This document shows, piece by piece, positions 7,865 to 19,800 of a stretch of DNA of 64,000 nt. Position numbers and translations under genes: made by a program. This DNA comes from a virus, in IMG/VR virus record IMGVR_UViG_3300025645_000038, positions 32,001 to 96,000 of that record; one strand, written 5' to 3'. The notes beneath the pieces were generated by a model. It made no database searches. It saw only the letters and a program-made list of their open reading frames with translations, and had not been told where the DNA came from. Positions within the stretch are counted from its first letter, which is position 1. Each line of letters starts with the position of its first letter.

Positions 7865-10800
7865 ATGGCCATCGTAAAAAGATTCAATAGATTACTTGGA
7901 CTTGAAAAAATAGATGTATTGGTAGATGAGAAGGATAAATCCAGACACATCATAATATCCGATATGCCAGAAAGTCTGCCTCAAGGTAAGAGTTCCTTTC
8001 TTATAGAGGTTTCTCCTTACATGAGAAAAGGAATCGAGCTTCAAATAGACTTTATCGACTCAAAAGGTAATAGTATCTATGTTGAACCCGTATCTAATTA
8101 TTTAGAGGGAACATCAAGAACTGTATCTGTAGAGGTTTACAACACAGTAGCACCAGGTGTTGCTACTATGATAATAGTCGGTGAGTTAGAAAGTATACCT
8201 TTAGATGCTGGTAATTTTAGTGATACTCAAGAAGTACCAGATGACTTTAAAGGAGTTTATAATGTAAGACTTACCAAAGAAGTTATAATAAATACAGCAG
8301 AGATAAATGTACAACCTATAAAATTCTATTCATCTCCAAGATTAACTGCAACAGAAAAACGCTTTGGTTCTATGGAGAGAGAAGTTGTTAGTGGAGAAAC
8401 AACATCTTCAGCATTCTCTATTATTGGTAGACCAACTCAACAAGAAGAGTTTTCTATATTTGAATCGAGAGAATCGGAAATAGACTCTCTTGGAGCTGGT
8501 GTTACGGATATAGACGGAGTTCCAAGACCACCTGACGGCGATATAAAAGGTGATGAGGCTGATAAGGAAAGACAAAAAAGACATATAAAGAAAAAAAGTA
8601 TTCGTGCTAGTAGTAGATTTAAAAGGTCAAAAAGGATTAGAAGAAGAAGGTCACCTGAAGAATATCCATACGTATTTACTATAAACGATAGTAATCACGA
8701 ATTTACTACTGAGGAGATAGGTGGTGAAATAAAGTTTTCTAATATTAAAAATGTCTACGATACAAATCAGCTTGATGAAGCAGGATTGGATAGTTCTGTA
8801 TCTTTTAATGTGGTTTCGGATACAAATGATGAAAACTTTCCAACACATTACACAGCATCTATTGCTAAATTAGAAAACAATAAAAGTGCTTATGTGAACA
8901 CACCATTTACAAAACAAGATAAAAATGGTAACTATAGATTACTGCCGATGGAAGCTACTGGTAAAGTTCATTACACCAAAGAACCATCAGCATCATATAG
9001 CATCACAAACATAGTTTCTTACGCAGATGTCACTCTAAGTCATCTTAGAACCTTTTCTGGTGAACTATTTAAAGCTAAAGTTTATGTAAAAGCTGAGGGT
9101 TCTTTTGATGATTACAAATTATTAGCTGAAGTTCCAATAGAATCGCCTGAACTGATGATAAATAACAACTCAGTTGGTATCGGTGAAAGAACAGGATACT
9201 TCGTATCAGACACAGATTTAAATACATATTGGGAAAAGTTTGGTGGGACAAATGGATTGAGTACTGCTACAGCTACATCGACTGCTTCTTTTGATAATAG
9301 TGGTTCGTTAGACTCTGCTATGGTTTCAGGTAGCATATCGTCTTTTACAGACCAAATAAGATTTCAACAAAAGGATGCATATAAATTCAATCTCACAAAA
9401 GGTATTGATTATGACTTATCGTTTAATGCTGTAGGTGAAAAGGGAACTGATGGTAGAGCATTGTTGATGGTTTATGTTTCTGGTTCTTCTTTAAATCAAT
9501 CAAATGAATTACACCACGATGAAAAGGAAGGTTTAGACATAACCGAACCATCTCAGTATGGTAAACGAATGGGTGTGTTGGAAATTGAAGCAGGTGATAA
9601 TGTAAAGAAAGAATTTGGTTTAATACGACATAACTTTAATTCCAACTCAACAGGTGATGCAAAAGTTCAGTTTAGAATTATATCAGGTAAATGGAACTTG
9701 TCAGATATATCTGTAGTACCATCAACCGATACAGGCTTCTCACCATCCTTTGTAAACTTTAAACAAGAACTACCACCTGAGTTGATTCATAAAAGACCAG
9801 AAACTTTAGAGTTCTTGACAGAGTTTTATGATATAAATAATAATTTAGCAGATGAGATAGCTGTAACAACAGGTTCTGTTTTTACAGGTGCTAATATTGT
9901 TATTACAGGTGACGACAATGTGTTATCACATAACTTATTCATCGGTGGTGATACTACAGGTAGTGGTATTCATATGGGTGGAACAAGTTCAACATTACCT
10001 GATGATAACTATTCAGAAGGTGCTACTGGTTCAGGCTTTATTCGTTCATTAGGTTACTTAGGATTTGAAAGTGCTTCTAATGCAGCGTTAGGTGGTAAAA
10101 AAGGATTCATGATTTACAGTGGTTCTGTATTGCCAAATAGTGGAGAGGATTATAAAGGTGTTGGTTTAGAATTAGTTGGAGCTAGCGGTTCATTAAAATT
10201 TAGAACAAGTCCGTCAGTATTCGATGTACAAGCAGATTCATTCTTTGTGGGAAAAACTACATCACAATTTATAAGTGGTTCAGGAGAAAAGATAGAAATA
10301 AGTTCTTCTAACTTTCATTTAGATAATGCTGGTAATGTGGATATGACAGGAACAATTACTGCTCAAGCTGGTAATATAGGTGGTTTTAATATTGAAGATA
10401 GTAAACTAACTGCTGGAATTGGTAATAGTGCTGTTACTATGAGTGGTGCTGACCAATTATTTAGATTTGGTAGTGGTTCACAATTTGATACGACTGCTGT
10501 AGATGGTATTCTATTTGGTAAAGATACGGATGGTAAGTACAAGTTTGCTGTTGGTAAAGGAGACTCTTACATTGTATTTGATGGTACTGCCGTTAACATA
10601 AGGTCAGAAGACATAAACGTTACTGCTTCTGTATTTTCAATCGATGTTGATGTGTTTAAGTTAAGCTCTAATAATTTATTCATAAGTTCTAGTGATGGTG
10701 GTTTTATATCTGCTGGTAATCCTAGACCATCTGGTATAACAGGAACAAGTAAAGGTATCTTTATAAATGGTAGAGATCCTTCTGATACTAAACCAAAGTT

Positions 10801-13800
10801 TTTAGTTGGTGCAGCTGATGGTAATAGAATATCATTTGATGGTGATAATATATTTATGTCTTCATCTGGTTTCTTTTTAGGTTCTTCTGCACAATTTGTA
10901 AGTGGTAGTGATGGAAACATAGAGATAAGTTCTTCTAACTTTCATTTAGATAATAGTGGTAATGTTATTATGAGTGGTAAAGTTACTGCTAACGAAGGTT
11001 CTATTGGTGGTTTTAATATTACTAATGATGCTCTATCTTCTGCTAACTTTTTAATTAGTGGTTCTTCTACAGGAAATAATTTTTTCATATCATCATCTAA
11101 TTTCAATGTAAAGGCTAGTGGTGATGTAACTGCGTCAGCTTTAGACTTAACTGGTGGTTCTGTTGGTGGTTTAACTGTTACGGAAGGTCAAATTGCTGTT
11201 GGTTCAGTTCTTAAACTAAAAGATAGTGGTCAGATAACAGGTTCATCTGTATTATTTACAGGTGGAAAGATTGGTGGATTTACAATAGATGCTGATGAGA
11301 TAAAGTCTACAAATGTTCTTATAGATTCAGCTAACGAAAAGATTACATTAGGTTCTGCTAATGCTATAAAACTACAAGGTGGTGGAACAGATAACTTTAT
11401 AGCTATGGGTAGTAAATCTACTTTCTCCAATGAGGGAACAGGAACTGCTGGTATCATTATTGGTATGGATGGGACAAATCCACAAGCAGAGTTCGTAAAG
11501 AATAGTACTAACTACTTTATATTTGATGATGGTATTGATATACAAACAGATACATTGGTTGCTAGTGGTAGCTCAATTACATTAGAAACACCTAAATTCT
11601 TTTTAGGAAAAAAGAGTACACAATTCGTAAGTGGTAGTAATGGTAATATAGAAATAAGTTCATCACAATTTCATTTAACTAAAGAGGGTAATGTTACAGG
11701 TTCAGCTATACTACTAGGTAACAAAGGTGCTGGTCAGTTTTTACAATTTGTAAATAATACCTTAACAGTACAAGGTGCTATTACAGCTGATAGTATCGCA
11801 GTTCCATCTGCAGCTCCAACACCAAGTTCATCTATATCATCAGGTGGTTTACTTACAACTGTTTCAGCTTCTATTGGTGGATTTGATATAACATCAGCTG
11901 AGATAAAGGATAGTGATAGTAACCTAAGACTAAAATCAAGTGGACAGATAACAGGTTCAAAAGTTCTATTCAATGGTGGAACGATAGGTGGATTTACAAT
12001 TGACGCTGATGAGATTAAGAGTGGAACTAATATAGCTTTAGATTCTACAAACAAAAAATTAACAATTAATAATGCTACATTTGGAAATGAAGGTATACAA
12101 TTAGAGTTCAATAGTGGTACACCAAGACTCTATGTGGGTGATGGTTCGAATGAGTTTGTAAAGTACGATGGTAGTAGTGTAGATATTAGAACTAAAAAAT
12201 TGAATGCTAGTGGTAGTAACATCACATTAGAAACTCCAAAGTTCTTTTTAGGTAAAAAAAGTAATCAGTTCGTAAGTGGTAGTAATGGTAATATAGAAAT
12301 AAGTTCATCTAACTTCCACCTTACACCACAAGGTAATGTCACAATGAGTGGTGAGATTACAGCAGCTGGTGGTACAATCGGTGGTTTTATAATTGGTGAC
12401 GAATTAACATCTACTGCTGGTACATTGATACTTAGAGGTGCTAGTGGAAGAATTACAGCATCAAATGCTCTAATAACCGGTGATATAAATGCTAACACAA
12501 TAACAGCCAATACTGCTGGTACAATAGCTAACTTTAATATAAATTCAACGGAGATAGCTTCTTCTAATAATAAACTTAGGTTAAAAGCTAATGGACAAAT
12601 AACTGCTTCAGAAGCTCAAATTACAGGAAAAATTACGGCTACGAGCGGACAAATTGCAGGATTTACTATTAATGGTACAAAACTACAACAAGGAACATCT
12701 TTCAATTTGGATGGAAATGCTTCTGCTGATTTCTTTATATCATCTTCTGATTTTCAAGTCACACCAAGCGGTGATGTTAGTGGCTCTAAAGTATTATTTA
12801 CGGGTGGAACAATAGGTGGTTGGACACTAACTTCAGACAGATTAAATAGTTTAGATGATAATTTTAGAATTAGTAGTGCTGGTTCTATAACCATAAAAAA
12901 TCACTCATTTGGACAATCAGGATTTCAAGTTATAGAAAATAGTGGCACTACTCAATTTTATGTTGGTAATGGTTCTACAAGATTTATAAAATTTGATGGT
13001 AGTAATGTTGATATTGGAACTGAAAAATTAACTGCTAGTGGTAGTTCGATAAACTTAGGTGCACCAAGTTTTAGATTAGGAAGTGCTTCAAACTTTATAA
13101 GCGGAAGTGGTGGTTCGTTAGTCATACAAAATACTGGAACTACTATTCTTAGTGGTAGTAATGTGAGAATAGAAACTCCTAGATTCTTTTTTGGAAAAGC
13201 TAGTTCTCAATTTATAAGTGGTAGTGACGAAAAGATAGAAATAAGTTCATCTAAGTTTCATTTGAAAAATAATGGTGATGTAATAATGAACAACATTACA
13301 GCCTCTAACGCAAATGTTAGTGGTAAGATGACTGCTACAAGTGGTGAGATTGGTGGTTTTACAATTGGTGATGATTTATCTAATTCTGCTGGTTCAACAT
13401 TAAAACTAAAAGGTAGTAGTGGACAGATTACAGCATCAGCTGCTCAGATTACAGGAGATATAACTGCTAATACTATTACTGCTAATACGGCTGGTACAAT
13501 AGCTAATTTCCAAATTAATTCAACAGAAATAAAATCAGCTAATCAAAATCTTAGATTAAAAGCAAATGGTCAAATTACAGCATCAGCTGCTCAAATCACA
13601 GGAAAGATTACAGCAACAAGTGGACAGATAGCTGGATTTTCAATTAGTGGGAATACCCTAACTGCTACAAACTTCACATTGGATGCTAGTGGTAAAAGAA
13701 TTACATTAGGAACTGGTAACAATATTTTTATAGCTGATGGTGATGAAGGTATTCAATTAGGACATGCTACTTTTGCTAGCGCTCCTTTTAGTGTTACAAA

Positions 13801-16800
13801 AGCTGGTCTTGTAAAAGCTACATCGGGTACTATTGGTGGTTGGACACTAAGTGGTACGCAGATATCAAGTAATAATTTAATAATGGATTCAGCTGGTGTG
13901 ATACAAACCTCTGATTACGCAAGTAATACTAAAGGTTGGAGATTAAGTCCTGCTAATGGTGGTGAAGCTGAATTTCAAAATGTAAAAATTAGAGGAACAC
14001 TATCTACTGCTGTGTTTGAAAAGGAAACAGTAAATGCAGTTGGTGGACAACTTTACATAGCTAACTCTACTGCTATAACTGGTTCAGCTACAATAGCTGC
14101 TACAGCTGCTACAATGAGTGTTGCTAATGTTGGTGGGTTTGTAGCCAATGAAGTTCTATCAGCTAAGAAGGTAAGTGCTACAGGCTTTGCTACAGAGTAT
14201 ATGTTGGTACAGAGTGCTTCAAGAGATTTCCCATCAAGTGAAACAGATTTTCGTGGTAAACTTTTTGTAGTAAGAGGGTACAATAGTGGAAGCACAGGTG
14301 ACTCTGGTTCTTTGGGTGATGTAGCTAATACATCACAATCATTTGAACCAGGTCAGGTTATAGTATCAACAGGAAAAATTGGAACTGGTTTCATAAGACT
14401 GAACGCTAATCCAAATGATGTAACAACTCCTTACATAGATATTGTTGAAAGAACTGGTAGTGGAGTTTATGATGTAGATTTAAAAGCTCGTTTGGGTGAT
14501 TTGAGTGGATTGAGTAGTGGGTTGTTATACGGAAACGCTTCACCTGGTTTTGGATTGTTCACAGAGAACGTATTTTTACAAGGTGCTATAACTGCTACTA
14601 CAGGTTCATTTACAGGTAAGGTTCATGTTGGTACGACAAATGGTATTGTTATAGATGGTAACGCAAAAAAATTATTCCAAGGTACAGGAACACATAACAA
14701 TCAAAATACTGGTTTTTATATGGATAGTACTGGTAAATTTAGTTTGGGTGATAAGTTAGTTTGGGATAGTAGTACAGAAACCTTAACGATAACAGGAACA
14801 ATAAACATAACAGATGGTAGTGGATTTGCTACAGCAGCTTCAGTAAGTGGTAGTTTTCCAAGTGCTACTTCGGTATCTGCTAGTTTGAATGCTTCGTCAA
14901 GTGCTTTACAAACTAACATAAACGCGGTAGAAGCAAATGTATCTGGTGCATTCACAAGTACCTCTGCCTCTATCGCTACAAAGATTATGACAGATGCTAG
15001 TGGTAAGATAGTACAAACTCCAAGTACTTCTGGTTTAAGTGGATTGATATTAAAATCTACTCACCTTGGTTTTGCTAGTAGTGGAACATTCAAAGCCTTT
15101 ATCGGTAATACAGGAAACTTTCTATTTAAAAATGATGATGATAACCTAATATCATTTGGACAATCAACGTCTGTTGGTGATGGAACAACCACATCTAACT
15201 TAGTTATTAAAGCAGCTAACGCTTATCTTAGTGGTTCGTCTATAAACCTACTAACATCAAGATTTTTCTTTGGTGATAGTTCTAATTTTATAAGTGGTAG
15301 TGGTGGTAATTTAAAAATATTTAGTACTGGAGAAACAACACTATCAGGTAGTTCTGTAACAATTGAGACACCCAAGTTTTTCTTAGGTAAAAAAGGTTCT
15401 CAGTTTGTAAGCGGTAGTAATAATCAAATAGAGATAAGCTCTTCTAAGTTCCATCTAAATAATGATGGTAATGTTATAATGAATCAAATTACTGCTTCTG
15501 ATGCAAATGTGTCAGGTAAAATTACAGCCGATAGTATTGTTGCAAATACAACAGGAAGTATAGCTGGTTTTACCATTAATAGTGAGGAGATACGTTCTTC
15601 AAATAATAATCTCAGACTAAAAGCCTCAGGAAATCTAACCGCTTCTAATTATTTATTTAATGGTAATGGTGTGATAACTGGCTCAGTTACTATCGGAACA
15701 AGTGCTACAATACTAGGTTCGTTGTCTGCTGGTAGTATTGCTACACCATCTTCTGGTCCTCCGTTTAAGTCTGAAATCAATTCACAAGGTTTTGCTAGAT
15801 TTACATCTGCTTCTATAGCTGGTTGGGATATAGATTCTACATCGATAGCTTCTGTAGATGATAAAGTTATAATAGATTCTTCTAACAAAAGAATCACAAT
15901 TAATAATACATCTTTTGGAAGTGCTGGTATTCAATTAGATTACAATAGTGGAACACCAAGATTTTTTGCTGGCAGTGCTACAAAGTTTGTAAAATTTGAT
16001 GGTTCTAATGTAGATATAGTTACGGAGAAACTAACTGCTAGTGGTAGTTCTATAAACTTAGGAGCACCGAGCTTTAAGTTAGGTTCTTCTAGTAATTTCA
16101 TAAGTGGTAGTGGTGGTGATTTAGTTATACAAACTACTGGTACAACTACATTGAGCGGTAGCGCTATAAACATACAGACTCCTAAGTTTTACTTAGGTCA
16201 AGGAACATCTCAGTTTATAAGTGGTTCAGATGGAAACATTGAGATAAGCTCTTCAGCATTTCATTTAGATCCTGCTAATAACACTATGGTAATTAGTGGT
16301 TCTATAACTGCTACTACAGGTAAAATTGGTGGTATGTTGTTAGAGAATAATAAACTTAAATCACAATATGGTGATGGTTCGGTTATCACAAAAATTGTTA
16401 CTGTTGAGGGTTCTAGTAAATACTATATAGATGGAGTACAACAACCAACATTAGAATTAAAAGTTGGTAACACATATAGATTTGATAATTCACATAGTTC
16501 TAATGGCGCACATCCATTTAGATTTGCTACATCAGCAGATGGGACACAATATAATACAGGAGTTAGTGTGGTAGGTACTCAAGGTAGTGGTGGAACTGCT
16601 TATGTACAAATAACAGTTACAGCTGATACACCGACTACATTATACTATAAATGTACTGCACATGGTAGTATGGGTGGTCAGCTAAATATTGTTACAATTG
16701 GAACATTGGAACTCAATGGTGTAAACGGACAGATTACAGGTTCAAAGGTATTGTTTGAAGGTGGTAAAATTAGTGGTTCTAATTTAGAAATAAATGTACC

Positions 16801-19800
16801 TAATGTTACAATGAGTGGTAGTTCTGTTGATATAAGAACATCACAATTTTTCTTAGGTAGTAATAGTCAGTTTGTAAGTGGTAGTAACAACAACATAGAA
16901 ATAAGTTCTTCAGCTTTTCACCTAAACCCATCTAATAATACTATGACTATTAGTGGTTCGATAACTGCTACAGATGGTAACATAGGTGGTTTCACAATAG
17001 ACTCCGATGAGATAAAGAGCACGGCTTTAGCTGGAGAAACAGTGAACTATACTGTTACTAATAATGGTTCAAGTAATTACCTTATAGATGGTGTGTCCAA
17101 ACCAGCTCTAACATTCTTAGTCGGTAACACATATGTGTTTACTATGGATAGTGGAGTGATGAGTGCTCATCCATTTAGAATTGGAACATCTGCTAATGGT
17201 AGTGCTATAACCGATGGTGTGACTGTAACAAGCACATCACTAACTATCGTGGTTAGTGCTAGTACACCAACATCACTTTACTATTTCTGTACTGCTCATA
17301 GTGGTATGGGTAATTCCATAACAGTTAATGCTGGTATACCAAAACTTTTGCTAAATGGTGAGTTAGGTCAGATTACTGCTTCAGCAGCTAAAATTACAGG
17401 TGATATAGTTGCTAATACGATTACAGCGAATACTGCTGGTACTATCGGTCAATTTACGTTAGACTCCGTAGGACTAAAAAGTTCAGATGGGGCATTAGTA
17501 CTCTCCGGTTCAGGTCAGATAACTGCTTCAGCCGCACAGATAACTGGTAAAGTTACCGCAACTAGCGGAGTTATCGGTGGGTGGACTGTTGGTTCTACTT
17601 TATCTGCTACAAATATTTTATTAGATCCTGCTACACCAAAAATTACTTTGGGTAGTAAGGGAACATTAACTGATAGCAATACGGGATTTTATGCAGGAAC
17701 TGATGGAATTGCATTGGGTGCTAGCTCGGTATTCAAAGTGACATCTGCTGGTGCTTTAACAGCAACTTCTGCTACTGTCACGGGCGATATAATTGCTAAC
17801 ACAATAACAGCAAACACTGCAGGAACAATAGGAAACTTTAGTTTAAACTCGGTAGGGATAAAAAGTTCTAATTCAAAACTGATTCTTTCAGCATCAGGAC
17901 AGATTACTGCATCGGATGCAAAAATTACAGGTGATATAGTTGCTGAAAATATTACAGCAAATACTGCGGGTACTATTGGTCAATTTACATTAAATTCTGT
18001 AGGATTGAAAAGTTCAGATGGCGCATTGGTTCTATCTGGTTCAGGTCAAATAACAGCATCAGCCGCAAAAATAAGTGGTGATATAACGATTACAGGAGGT
18101 TCTTTAGCCGGAGTAACTGCTGATACAATTAGTGGTTCTGTTGATGCAGTATCATCATCATTAGCTGGTAGACAAACTCCATTCGAAACACAAGTTGTTT
18201 TAAGTAGTGGTGGAATGTCACTTAATAAAAATGATGGTACAAGTTTAGCTGAGTATGGAGCGATAACAAGAATTGGTTTAGCAGCACAAGAACACATATC
18301 TGCTAGTTCAGCTGGTATAACTATTAAGGATGGTTCTACAGTAAGAGGAACATTTGTAGCTGGTGGGGTGACAATAGGAAATACCTCACAAGGTCATGTT
18401 TCAATGTCAACCGCTGATGTAAGTATTAAAAAAGATGCGAATAATTTTGCTAAAATAGATTCTGATAGTTTTGATATTGTTCTTAATGGACAAACAACTG
18501 CTTCATTTGGGGGAACTACTACAATCGGTTCTACTGTTGGTAGACATTTGAAACTTACAGGTCCTGCTTTAGAAATAAAGACAGATGCAAACACAACCGC
18601 TCTATCAGCATCAGCTGCTGGTTTAGAGATGAGTGGTAAGGTAGTAGCTACTGAAGGTGAAATAGGTGGATTCAATGTTAGTGGCTCAAGATTATTATCT
18701 ACAAAAATTGGAGTAGGTGATGGTGGTGCTACAGTATCAAGTTCTGTATTCATGACGCCATCAATCGGATCAAATGCACCTTTGCCTGCTATGGGATTAC
18801 ATGCTAAAAGTGGTTCACTAGGTTCCGGATTTTCTATATTTGCAAAAAATAGTTCCACCCAAGCTGGTTTGGATATTAACATAGGTGAGGTTAGTGGATT
18901 TGGTGTTGCTTTAGCAGATGCATCATCAAGAGGACTAAGAATTATCAACATAAAAAATCCATCAAATGATTCTGACGAGCTTGCAATAATCGGTAACGGT
19001 GGTGTTTATAATAGTTCATTTACCAGCACAAACACTAAATCTGGTTTTAGGTTTGTTGCAACAGATGATGTAGTAACGTTTCAAGTAGGTAAAGCAGATG
19101 GTGCACATCTAAAATTCTCATCAGCTGATAACCTGATGTACATAAGTTCATCTAACTTTTTCTTAGGTAATTCCTCAACTAATTTTATTAGTGGTTCAAA
19201 TGGAAACATAGAAATAAGTTCTTCTAACTTTCATTTATCACCATTGGGTAATCTAACCGCTTCAAACGCAAACTTTGAAACTGTAACTATTCGTGGTGGT
19301 ACTGCTGCTAACGATGTTTCTTCAGACTCAAATCAATCTTTTGTAGGTGGTGGAACTTTTAATTTAATACAACAATCAAGCTTTAACTCTGTTATCGGTG
19401 CTGGTGCACACAACCTTATAAACCTTGGTTCAGATTTCTCATCAATACTATCAGGAGTTTCTTGTTCTATAGATTCACATAGCGATAGGTCTTTTATAGG
19501 TGCTGGTAGTGGAAGTAAAATTATTTCTTCTTCTAATCAATCATTCTTAGGAGCTGGTGCAGCTAACACTATAAAGTTTGCTTCCTCTTCATTCATAGGT
19601 GCTGGTATAAATAATAGTATAGTTGGAGATCCCTCTCTAACACCTAATGATGTAAGAGTTGGTGATTTTCCACAAGATGATTTTTCTGCTAAAGAATCTG
19701 TTATTGTTGCTGGTAGTAATAATAAAATTACATTAGCATACCAATCTTTTATAGGCAGTGGTCAAAACAATGTAATAAGCGGTTCTGTTGGAACTATTAA

